This document shows, piece by piece, positions 20,644-33,009 of a stretch of DNA of 64,000 bases. How positions within the stretch are numbered: position 1 is the stretch's first letter; every line of letters begins with the position of its first letter. Source of the stretch: Eledone cirrhosa (taxonomy: Eukaryota); the NCBI GenBank assembly GCA_964016885.1, contig OZ024763.1:19778001-19842000 (forward strand), in the 5' to 3' direction. A program made the translations under genes and the position numbers. The notes beneath the pieces were generated by a model. That model searched no databases. It was not told the DNA's origin and saw only the letters and a program-made list of their open reading frames with translations.

Positions 20644-20689
20644 TGCTCTGAAGAGTCCCACTTCTAGTGTGGACGAAACACTGTTAGCA
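20644..20689 (+). ncRNA. Type I hammerhead ribozyme
   Basis: Stem I TGCT/AGCA, CTGAAGA, stem II GTCC-CAC-TTCTA-GTG-T-GGAC, GAAAC-ACT-GTT (GUU), then ATTAAA. Confidence 0.88.
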
Positions 20690-20732
20690 ATTAAAGATAT
20701 ACCTATGTTCTAAGCGCTCTTTGTTGTTAATT

Positions 20733-20802
20733 GTATATATACATATATATATATATGTATATATACATATATATATATATGTATATATACATGTATATAT
20801 AC

Positions 20803-20834
<32 letters not shown>

Positions 20835-22126
20835 GTATATATATATATGTATATATACATATATATATACATATATATATATATGTATATATATATACAT
20901 ATATATATATACGTATATATATATATATATATATATACGTATATATATACGTATATATATACGTATATATATATGTATATATATACGTATATATATACGT
21001 ATATATATACGTATATATATATGTATATATACATGTATATATACATGTATATATACATGTATATATATACATATACATATATATATAATACATATATATA
21101 TACACATATATATATATACATATCTATATATACATATCTATATATACATATATATATATACTATATATATATACATATCTATATATACATACATATCTAT
21201 ATATACATATCTATATATACATACATATCTATATATACATATCTATATATACATACATATCTATATATACATATCTATATATACATACATATCTATATAT
21301 ACATATCTATATATACATACATATCTATATATACATATCTATATATACATACATATCTATATATACATATATATATATACATATCTATATATACATATAT
21401 ATATATACATATCTATATATACATATATATATATACATATCTATATATACATATACATATATATACATATATATATACATATACATATACATATATATAT
21501 ATATACATATATATATACATACATATATACATATATATATACATATATATATACATATATATATACATATATATATACATATATATATACATATATATAT
21601 ACATATATATATACATATATATATACATATATATATACACATATATATACATACATATATATATACATATATATATACATATATATATACATATATATAT
21701 ACATATATATATACATATACATATATATATACATATACATATATATATACATATATATATACATATACATATATATATACATATATATATACATATATAT
21801 ACATATATACATACATATATACATACATATATATACATATATATACATATATATACATATATATACATATATATACATATATATACATATATATACATAC
21901 ATATACATATATATACATATATATACATACATATATATACATATATATATACATATATATACATATATATATACATATATATACATATATATATACATAT
22001 ATATATACATATATATATACATATATATATATACATATATATATACATATATATACATATATATATATACATATATATATACATATATATATATACATAT
22101 ATATACATATATATATACATATATAC

Positions 22127-22157
<31 letters not shown>

Positions 22158-22421
22158 CATATACATATATATATATATACATATATATACATATATATAT
22201 ATACATATATATATACATATATATATACATATATATATACATATATATATACATATATATAATATATATACATATATATATACATATATATATACATATA
22301 TATATACATATATATATACATATATATATACATATATATATACATATATATATACCTATATATACACATATATATACATAGATACATATATACATATATA
22401 TATATATACATATATATATAC

Positions 22422-22468
<47 letters not shown>

Positions 22469-22477
22469 CATATATAC

Positions 22478-22524
<47 letters not shown>

Positions 22525-22549
22525 CATATATACATATATACATATATAC

Positions 22550-22596
<47 letters not shown>

Positions 22597-22693
22597 CATA
22601 TATATATACATATATATATATACATATATATATATATACATATATATATACATATATATATATACATATATATATATATACATATATATATAC

Positions 22694-22768
<75 letters not shown>

Positions 22769-22797
22769 CATATATATATATATACATATATATATAC

Positions 22798-22828
<31 letters not shown>

Positions 22829-22865
22829 CATATATATATACATATATATATACATATATATATAC

Positions 22866-22898
<33 letters not shown>

Positions 22899-22911
22899 CA
22901 TATATATATAC

Positions 22912-22976
<65 letters not shown>

Positions 22977-23058
22977 CATATATATATACATATATATATA
23001 CATATATATATACATATACATATATATATACATATATATATATACATACATATATATA
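20733..23058. repeat. (TA)n array, mostly CATA variants with CGTA/CATG/TCTA sub-blocks
   Basis: Direct inspection. Confidence 0.95.
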
Positions 23059-23666
23059 TGGTGGCTGCCAACTCGTTTTCGAGTACGGCCACTACTTTAT
23101 ATCCATGTAGGAGAACCCCTACCGATGCGCTGAACGAGTGTGACTTTTTAGTCCAGCCAGCGACTTGAAAACTCTGGTACAAACACTACACTTGTGACAA
23201 TTACTGACACATAGTGCTGGCCCATGGTACCATGTGACGACAAGTGCAGAGAGATCTCCAGATATAAAGCAATGCCTGTGCCGTGAAGCTTTTATAGTGA
23301 GCAAAGGCACTGCACAAAGCCAGTCCCACTCTCTTAACCAAGATGATATTTACCAAAAAGAAGAACAAGTCAACATCATTGGATACCATCAGGGTTGCAG
23401 GTGTTATATCAGAGTTTTCCTTCTCCTAGAATTCTGCCTTGACAAAGGCTAAGGGGTCATCTCTCCCGGTGATTTTGGATGGCCATCGACTCTTAAGAGC
23501 TCCTTTGCCCTTTGACAGGTTTTGTTTTTAGTCCTGCAGGATGTCCAAAGTCACCCTCCTCACCAAGAAACCTTGGTGGGGTTGCCAGTTTAGTCGCCAA
23601 CGACCCGACCATGGGACAGGTTGTACTGGGATACATGTTACCAGTAGCACCAACTGGTGACCTGAC
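23059..23666 (-). mobile_element. Short non-autonomous bipartite RTE derivative (5' UTR joined to C2H2-finger 3' end)
   Basis: Minus-strand TCTAGGAGAAGGAAAACTCTGA (RTE 5' UTR-type motif) lies about 250 bp from [22 protein letters not shown]; second copy at 52014-52570. Confidence 0.75.
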
Positions 23667-23806
23667 ATAACATATATATATACATACATATTACATACAT
23701 ATATATATACATACATATATATATATACATACATATATATATACATACATATATATATACATATATACATATACATATAATATATATACATATATACATA
23801 TACATA

Positions 23807-23854
<48 letters not shown>

Positions 23855-24310
23855 CATATATATATACATACATATATATACATATATATATATACATACA
23901 TATATATATATACATATATATATATACATATATATATACATACATATATATACATATATATATACATACATATATATATACATACATATATATATACATA
24001 TATATATACATATATATATACACATATATATATACATATACATATATATATACATAATATATACATATATATATACATATATACATATATATATATACAT
24101 ATATATACATACATATATATATATATATACCCATCTATATACATATATATACATACATATATATATATATACCCATCTATATACATATATATATACATAT
24201 ATATACATATATATATATATACATACATATTTATATATATATACATATATATATATACATATATATATATACATATATATACATATATATATATACATAT
24301 ATATATATAC

Positions 24311-24343
<33 letters not shown>

Positions 24344-24392
24344 CATATATATACATATATATATATATACATACATATTTATATATATATAC

Positions 24393-24425
<33 letters not shown>

Positions 24426-24460
24426 CATATATATATACATATATATACATATATATATAC

Positions 24461-24530
<70 letters not shown>

Positions 24531-24546
24531 ATACATATATATATAC

Positions 24547-24578
<32 letters not shown>

Positions 24579-24582
24579 ATAC

Positions 24583-24631
<49 letters not shown>

Positions 24632-24632
24632 C

Positions 24633-24685
<53 letters not shown>

Positions 24686-24686
24686 C

Positions 24687-24717
<31 letters not shown>

Positions 24718-24722
24718 CATAT

Positions 24723-24768
<46 letters not shown>

Positions 24769-24807
24769 CATATATATATACATATATATATATACATATA
24801 CATATAC

Positions 24808-24854
<47 letters not shown>

Positions 24855-24945
24855 CATATACATATACATATATATATACATATACATATATATATACATA
24901 TACATATACATATATATATACATATATATATACATATACATATAC

Positions 24946-25026
<81 letters not shown>

Positions 25027-25557
25027 TACACATATATACATATATACATACATACACATATATACACATATATATATATGTGTATATATATGTGTATATA
25101 TATATATATATGTGTATATATATGTGTATATATATATATATGTGTATATATATGTGTATATATATATACATATATATACACATATATATATACTCATATA
25201 TATAAACATATATATATACATATGTAGGAGGTGAGTTTTATTGTAGTACAATAAAGCAATGCAGATTATATATATATATATATATTCATATATATATATA
25301 TATAAATATATATACATATATATATACATATATACATATACATATATATATACATATATATATACACATATACATATATATATATACATATATATATACA
25401 TATATACATATATATATACATATATATATACATATATACATATATATATACATATATATATACATATATACATATACATATATATATATATACATTCATA
25501 TATACATATACATATATATATATACATATATACATATATATGTATATATATATATAT
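23667..25557. repeat. (TA)n array, CATA variants
   Basis: Direct inspection. Confidence 0.95.
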
Positions 25558-25559
25558 CT

Positions 25560-26085
25560 TAATTACATAAGTAAGCATTCCAACCATCCTGCCCGCATAA
25601 CCAAGAACCTGGTAAGAAACGTTTCGTTGAGGCTTTCCCGTCTTTCCACCAACGAGCGCATTTTCAACGACCATTCCACTTATTACAATGAAGCTCTTGC
25701 TCGAAGTGGATTTGTCGATAAGGTAGCATATACAGAGTACGAAAATAGACCTAGAAGAAATAGATCCCGTCGCATTTGTTGGTTTAACCCACCATATAAT
25801 ATGGAGGTGGCCACACCATTAGCTAAGATCTTTCTTTCCCTTATTACGAAGCATTTTCCCCCTACACATAAATATAGTAACAAATTTTTTATAGAAATAC
25901 TATTAAAATTTCTTACTCTACGACTCCTAACCTTGCACATAACATCACAGCTTCAAATTTAGCTAAACTACCTAGCCGTAGGAACACGTGCAACCCTGTA
26001 ATTAGTACTAACTGTAATTGTAGGAATCGGGCTGATTGCCCCCTATCCGGGAAATGCCTCTCTAGTAACATTGTCTACTGTGCAG
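25560..26085 (+). pseudogene. Penelope-like element fragment (Naiad-type): RT C-terminus, Cys linker, start of GIY-YIG
   Basis: YISKHSNHP...WFNPPY...[10 protein letters not shown], frameshift near 25885, then CNCRNRADCPLSGKCLSSNIVY. Confidence 0.85.
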
Positions 26086-26783
26086 GTTCGTACGTATGGT
26101 GGGCGTGTGTATATGTGTACTTCTTGTTTTAGTTGACTTACGTCTCCGAACATTCGTGTATTTATATGTAGGTATGCGCGTGCGCTTGTTATATACGTAT
26201 TTATTTACTTATATACGTTTATATAATTATTTATTTATTTGTACACAAGCATACACACACACACATATTTATATGTGCGTAGTTTTGTATACCATGGTAA
26301 GGTTTTGCGTATGCTTGTGTATGTACGTATCTGTTTGCGTGTATGTATTTATTTGTTTCTATTACTTCTGTATTGTATTTATTTACTTTGTTCTTAACTC
26401 TGTAGCGGAGATTCATTTGGTCTACTAGTTAGAATTTTAGTCTTCGATTTCTGCTATACCATTTACGTGGTTTTGTCTTTGCGTGTTATTGTTCTCCACG
26501 CTTCACATATGACTTATTATCTTCGTTTTTTCGTTCATTGCCAGAGAACGTCTCTATGCACCACCTAAGAGAACATTAGTCTACGACCTCTTTTATACCA
26601 TAAACGTGGTTCTGTCTTTGCGTGTAATTGTTTTTCACCGCTCCTATTAATGACGTATTATTCGTTTTTTCCCCTTCTTTGCCAGCGAACGTTACCACGG
26701 ACCAAAGTATCGTCTTCCTGTCTTCCTCCGGTTGCAACGTTTTTTTGAAATATCCAGTTCTGCGTTTACAGATTGACTTTGTT

Positions 26784-26833
26784 AGTTTCAGAAGATCCGT
26801 TAAGGGTGAAAGCAGCGATTCTTTGCTTAAACT
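26784..26833 (+). ncRNA. Hammerhead-like motif with CAGAAGA (U4A) core, copy 1
   Basis: Stem I AGTTT/AAACT, CAGAAGA, stem II CC-GTTAAG-GG (one C lost relative to other copies), GAA, stem III AGCA/TGCT, CUU triplet. Confidence 0.7.
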
Positions 26834-28118
26834 TTAATCTGTTATTTTAATAAATATATATACACATATATATATATATACACATACATACATACATATA
26901 TATATATACATATATATATATACATATATATATATACATATATATATTTACATATATATATACATATATATATATACATATATATATACATATATATATA
27001 TATACATATATATATATACATACATATATACATATATATATATATACATATATATACATATATATATATACATATATACATACATATATACATACATATA
27101 TATATACATATATATATACATATATATATACATATATATACATATATATACATATATATACATATATATACATATATATACATATATATACACATATATA
27201 TACATATATATACACATATATATACATATATATACATATATATACATATATATATACATATATATATACATATATATATATACACACATATATATATACA
27301 TATATATATAGCAACATGACCCTCCCAAAGTATAACAACATATATATATACATATACATATATATACATATACATATATATACATATATATAGCGGCAAT
27401 GAATCAGTTTTGCGAGATTTTTTATATGAAATCGTGTGTCGAAACAAATATTGTTATACTTGGTCAGTGACAAGTGGAGAGATGCTGACTAAATAGGACC
27501 AATCCCACCCTTGCAAGCAGGGAAAAGTGGACGTAAAATTATGATGATGATGATGATCTAATATTTAAGTTGCAAATTCTGTAGAAATCTTAGAATTCCA
27601 GAAATCTAGTAACATTGTTCCTCACTGTACTCTTTGTTAATTTAACTTTGCCAGTGGCTCCCCCTGAACACAGCTTGTACTACTCCCACAAGCCACAAAG
27701 GAGAAAAATTAAATTGATAAAGATTTGACTTTAAACAGTTTGTGTACCTAGAAAAACAAATAATAGATCTTCCTCTTTCCTCCTCCTTCTTTCTATTTTC
27801 TTCTCTCTTACTCTCTTTCTTTCTGGTAATAAGTGGGAACTGAAGAAGAAAAAGAGGAGGAGGAAAGAAGGAAAAAGAGAAAGAAAGGAGGATCTATTTT
27901 TTTCTAGATACTCAAACTGTTTACTTACAAAAAAAAACACAGAAAAATCTTTATCTATTTCATTATTGCCCTTTCTTCCACCTGTTACTTGTTTTCCCTG
28001 TCCTAAATTATGATAAGGCTTTTCTGTCTCCCATGCCATGTATCTCCTGTCACCAAATAGATATTTACATTAGCTTAACCCTTTAGCAATCACATTACAA
28101 ATAGATATTTACATTAGC

Positions 28119-28470
28119 TTAACCCTTTAGCAGTCACATTACTCTGTATATACTATTGTATTTTCATGGTAAAGGATTTACCTCACAATTTAACCCTTTA
28201 GCATTCACATTACTCTAGATATAATATTGTATTTTCATGGTAAAGGATTTACCTCACAATTTAACCCTTTAGCATTCACATTACTCGAAATATAAAATTG
28301 TATTTTCATGGTAAAGGATTTACCTCACAATTTAACCCTTTAGCATTCACATTACTCTATATATAATATTGTATTTTCATGGTAAAGGATTTACCTCACA
28401 ATTTAACCCTTTAGCATTCACATTACTCTATATATAATATTGTATTTTCATGGTAAAGGATTTACCTCAC
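28119..28470 (+). repeat. Five tandem 71-bp units derived from a piggyBac-like MITE terminus
   Basis: Units begin TTAACCCTTTAGCA at 28119, 28190, 28261, 28332 and 28403. Confidence 0.92.
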
Positions 28471-28995
28471 ATAATATCGAATCTATGAGATTTGATATTA
28501 TTTATTTTGAAAACAATAACTTAACATCAGTATGAGTGGCTAGTTACAGCTGGTTTGAACTGAAAGTGTGAGAGAATTCTGACCGGTTACAGCCTGTTTA
28601 AATGCTAAAGCCCTTTAGCATTCAAACCAGCCGTATCTGGCCAGAATTTTCTCACATCATTTTGATCAAACTGGCCGTAACCGGCTGCTCATACTTATGT
28701 TAAGTTATTGTTTTCAAAATAAATAATTGTTTCTACTTTAGGCACAAGGCCAACAATTACCCAGTGCATTACTGGTACTTTATTTTATCGACCCCGTAAG
28801 GATGAAAGGCAAAGTCAACCTCGGCGGGATTTGAACTCAGATCGTAAAGGGACGTAACTATGCTGGAAAGCATGGCGTTCGACCCTCTACCGATACTGCC
28901 AATCTACCACCGTTTTCAAAATAAATATCAGAATCTCGTAGATTTGATATTATGTGAGACAAAGTGTTTACCACAATAATACAATAGTAAATATA
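28403..28995. mobile_element. Two piggyBac-like MITEs fused in inverted orientation at 28610/28611
   Basis: Junction AATGCTAAAG|CCCTTTAGCATT; arms are homologous but diverged; the second is interrupted by a SINE. Confidence 0.75.
28726..28911 (-). mobile_element. SINE family A, full length with TSD
   Basis: 16-bp TSD GTTTTCAAAATAAATA at 28710-28725 and 28912-28927. Confidence 0.92.
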
Positions 28996-29862
28996 ATTGT
29001 TTCTACTTTTGGCACATGGCCAGCAAGTATCTCAGTGTATTACTGGTACTTTATTTTATCGACCCCGTAAGGATGAAAGGTAAAGTTAACCTTAGCGGGA
29101 TTTGAACTCAGAATGGAAAGGGCTGTAACTCTATACGTCAAAGCATGGCGTCCGACCCTCGACCGATACTGCCAATTTACATTAAAAAGGTTGACTTTGC
29201 CTTTCATCCTTATGGGGTCGATAAAATAAAGTACCAATAATGCACTGGGTATTTGCTGGCCTTGTGCCTAAAGTAGAAACAATTATATTTACAATAGTAA
29301 ATATAATTGTTTCTACTTTTGGCACAAGGCCAGCAATTATCCCAGTATTGGTACTTTATTTTATTGACTCCGTAGTTGAATAGATAATAAAAAGATAGAT
29401 GATGTATATAAATCAGAACTGTTAAATCCCGCCGAGGTTAACTTTGCCTTTCATCCTTACGGGGTCGATAAAATAAAGTACCAGTAATACACTGGAATAA
29501 TTGCTGGCCTTGTGCGAAAAGTAGAAACAATTATTATTTGGTAGAATCGTTAGGGTGTTGGGTAAAACCCTGAGTAACATTTGTTCCTGCTTTTTACATT
29601 CTGAGTTCAAATCCAGTCGAGGTTAACTTTGCCTTTCATCCTTACGGGGTCGATAAAATAAAGTACCAGTAATACACCTGAGTATTTGCTGGCCTTGTGC
29701 CAAAAGTAGAAACAATTATATTTCTTTTTGTTAATTTTTAAAATCAAAATGAATAAATTTAAAAAACTAGATGATAAAGCTTTCCTTACGGGGTCGATAA
29801 AATAAAGTACCAGTAATGCACTGAGTATTTGCTGGCCTTGTACCAAAAGTAGAAACAATTAT
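28996..29862. mobile_element. Cluster of six whole or partial family A SINEs in both orientations
   Basis: Repeated GGGGTCGATAAAATAAAGTACC / TTGCTGGCCTTGTGC blocks and their reverse complements. Confidence 0.85.
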
Positions 29863-30285
29863 ATTTCTTTTTGTTAATTAAAGTCTGCAGTTTACATCCA
29901 GGCTTCTGTAAGATGAAATAGGTCAGTTAGGTCAACATAGAAGTTGTTGATTGGTTAAAGCTAAGATATCCGGTCAGTCTAAGATATGTTGCCACTCCTG
30001 AGTGGGGCAAGGTATTGTAGGAGTCACAGGAAACACAGACAGAAATGTTGCCGATATAGTTGGCATATATATACATATATATATGTGTGTGTGTGTGAAT
30101 ATATATATGTGTGTGTATATATATGTGTTTGTGTGTGTATATATATATATTAAGTAAGTATGTTTTGAAACAGTGAGCGAGTTTGAAATTAGAAAATATA
30201 TAGCTTTCACCGTATTTCTGACTAAAGGAATTTTAGCTTGATAACGGGGTTTAGAACCCTCAGATAAATGGAAAAAGATGAGTAT

Positions 30286-30356
30286 TGACGTACATGGGAG
30301 TCGAACCCACATCTGTGGTTATCGCGACCACTGTGCTACCATTACACCAACACATC
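30286..30356 (-). tRNA. tRNA-like cloverleaf (Gln-like D arm); pseudo-tRNA or SINE head
   Basis: GATGTGT/GTACGTC acceptor stem (3 G-U pairs), TGGTGTAATGGTAGCAC, anticodon stem GTGGT/ACCAC with loop CGCGATA (no U33), GTGGG-TTCGACT-CCCAT, T5 run 10 nt downstream. Confidence 0.6.
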
Positions 30357-30527
30357 ATGATGTGTTGGTGTAATGGTAGCACAGATGTGGGTTCGACTCC
30401 CATGTACGTCAATACTCATCTTTTTCCATTTATCTGAGGGTTCTAAACCCCGTTATCAAGCTAAAATTCCTTTAGTAAAAAATACGGTGAAAGCTATATA
30501 TTTTCTAATATATATATATATATATAT

Positions 30528-31094
30528 GTGTTGGGGCTACGCCGAACAACTGCTGTCGCGGGTGGCGCCGATTAAATTGACCGCCGAGTCCGTGATGACA
30601 ATCAAACCGCCTCCCCTCTTCACAAAGGAAGCAAAGGCGGTTTTTCTGTGCGTAATAGCCATGTTGAAAGAGGTTGTTTGGTGGACACGATTGAAAGGTC
30701 TGAGGTCAGGCAACTTCCTCTCTGGCCATAGTCTGGTCTACTTCTTCCGATATCACTTCGGAAGAAGGATAAGAATGGAGAGAGAGGTGCTTGGCCACAG
30801 GCAGTTTTATGAAAGGTGGGTGATAGTGGCGAGAATGGCTCGTGTAAATGGGCCTTCTCTGTATACCATCCTGTAGGTAAAGAAGTAAAGGAGAGGGGAG
30901 CACCTTCTCCATGTGCTCCCCGGGCAAAGGGTTGCACACTTTTTCGGGGGTGTGTGCAACCCCCATCACGTCCCCTCCCTTTTGAGGTTATTTTCGATTA
31001 TTTTCATGTTATACCCTTTTTACTCGATTATATGTAAACTCTCCCTTTGTATTTGTCCCTTCTTTTTATGCCTTTATGGTAAATAAAGAAATCT
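30528..31094 (+). mobile_element. Tx1-clade LINE 3' end
   Basis: WGYAEQLLSRV...KEVVWWTRLKG...FYERW; 3' UTR stem-loop; homologous to 33010-33620. Confidence 0.88.
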
Positions 31095-31115
31095 ATATAT
31101 ATATATATATGTGTA

Positions 31116-31163
<48 letters not shown>

Positions 31164-31535
31164 GAAACGAATACCAGTGAGTGTTTTACTATATTTTTCT
31201 GGCAATGTGCCAAAAGGAAGCAATATTATTAACAACATGACTCTCCCCAAATATACCAATATATATTAATTAAAGATTAATTAGTCTCTAAAATCCAAAC
31301 ATTTCGTATATATATATATTAATTAATTTTAATTATATATATATATATATATAAAGATTAGTGTGCTTGTGCGCGGAGAAGCTAAAAAAAACTTATAAAA
31401 TACAGGAAAAAAAGTTACCACCGGTTGTTATGAGGAATCGAACCAGATATCCCCCAGGCACTGGTTAGATATAGAGATATATAGTTATTAAATTTAATAT
31501 AGAAATGGCTTTTACAGGACTAGAACTTTCATTAC

Positions 31536-31579
31536 CTGACGATTTCTTTGGAATGAAACAGTTCTAGCCCCGTAGAAGC
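31536..31579 (+). ncRNA. Damaged hammerhead in fold-back pLTR stub (family of 58534-58582)
   Basis: CTGACGA-T-TTC-TTTG-GAA-T-GAAACAG...GTA-GAAGC; 5' stem I strand lost; inverted arms span 31491-31596; more degenerate tandem copy about 31712-31870. Confidence 0.65.
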
Positions 31580-32228
31580 CATTTCTATATTAAATTTTGT
31601 ATATACTTATACTCTGCTAATGTATTGAGTACCTTACTTCCTTTGGTAACCCCGATTGAACCCGGGACTCACAGATATATAGTAATATATATATATATAT
31701 ATATATATATATGGTTTCTAAAAAACTAGAACTGATTTCTTTCGAGTGAAACAATTCTAGCCCCGTAGAAACCATTTCTATATTAAATTTTGTATATACT
31801 CTGCTAATGTACTGAGTACTATGCTTACTGTAGTTACCCCCCGATTGAACCCAGGATTCACAGATATAGATTTATATACAAACCCGAATTATCCTCGTCG
31901 GCTGAAATCACTGCTATGCACCATAGAAGCAGACAACAGATGGCCCCAGCAAATAACTTCATATTTTCGTTTCAAGTCTTGGCCTTCACCGTTTGAGAAA
32001 TTAAGATTGTTTGCGGACAAAGTGGGTCGTATATCCTATTTACCTTTCGAGCGTTAGTTAACTTATATTCGTTTTGTGTGTATGTATATATATATATATG
32101 GTGGAGGGGGTGAGTGTGTGTTTGTAAATTTATTTATTAAATAGGCTTGATACAAACTTAGAGAAATAGAGGGAGAAAGGGAGTGAGGTGAACTACGTTA
32201 GAAAGTTATTTTAAACACACACACACAC

Positions 32229-32274
<46 letters not shown>

Positions 32275-32484
32275 GTGTGTGTGTATATATATATATATAA
32301 TATATAAGATCAAAAGATGGTTAAAGGAGTTCCATGTATTTTATTATGCGCAATATATATATACACGTGTGTGTGTTTAAAATAACTTTCAATATATACG
32401 TGCACACACATATAGAGAGAGAGGAAGAGAAAAAAGATGATGTACGCATGAAAGTTTTTAAAAGAGAAATTCACAGACATCCTC

Positions 32485-32536
<52 letters not shown>

Positions 32537-32801
32537 ATATATGTGTGTGTGGAGAGAGAAATGAAGGTGGTTATGAAGTAAAGAAAAAGAACATTTATAA
32601 AGAACGAAAAAGGTGAGTGAACTGGTGAGTGATTATTTAGACGGAGAGTGAGAGAGAGTATGTGTGTATGTATGTGAGTGTGAATATGTGTGTTACGTGT
32701 GTGTGAGTATGTGTAAGTGAGTGTATGTGAGTATGCGTGTGTGTGTGAAACTTTAATGGCGTATAGAGAATGGTCAGAAAATAGTAGGAAATAGAGATAG
32801 A

Positions 32802-32995
32802 TATGTTTCTTTATTAGCCACAGGGGCACAAAAGAAGGGGACAAATACAAAGGGGGAAGTTTACATACAATAAAAACGTGTAAAATATTATCACAAATGC
32901 AATTTAAAAAGTTAGTCGATTTTCCCCAATAGAGGGAGACAGTTTATCTGGGTAACACATACCCCCGAAAAAATGTGCAACCCTCATCTCCAGGA
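32802..32995 (-). mobile_element. Tx1 3' UTR fragment
   Basis: Homologous to 33010-33225, including the stem-loop. Confidence 0.75.
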
Positions 32996-33009
32996 GAGAT
33001 AGATAGATA

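Noticed and set aside
25990-26085. Selenocysteine recoding as reported for some Naiad elements
   Set aside because: All four linker cysteines use TGY codons; no in-frame TGA or SECIS recognised
28119-28470. Regularly spaced repeats as a CRISPR array (also considered 44148-44900)
   Set aside because: Contiguous tandem units with no unique spacers, no cas genes, eukaryotic context
30286-30356. Functional tRNA-Ser(CGA)
   Set aside because: No U33, no purine 37, no long variable arm, three G-U pairs in the acceptor stem; D arm is Gln-like
30430-30505. CTGAGG...CGGTGAAAGCTA downstream of the tRNA-like unit as a hammerhead
   Set aside because: A9 is missing and stem I does not pair; at most a remnant
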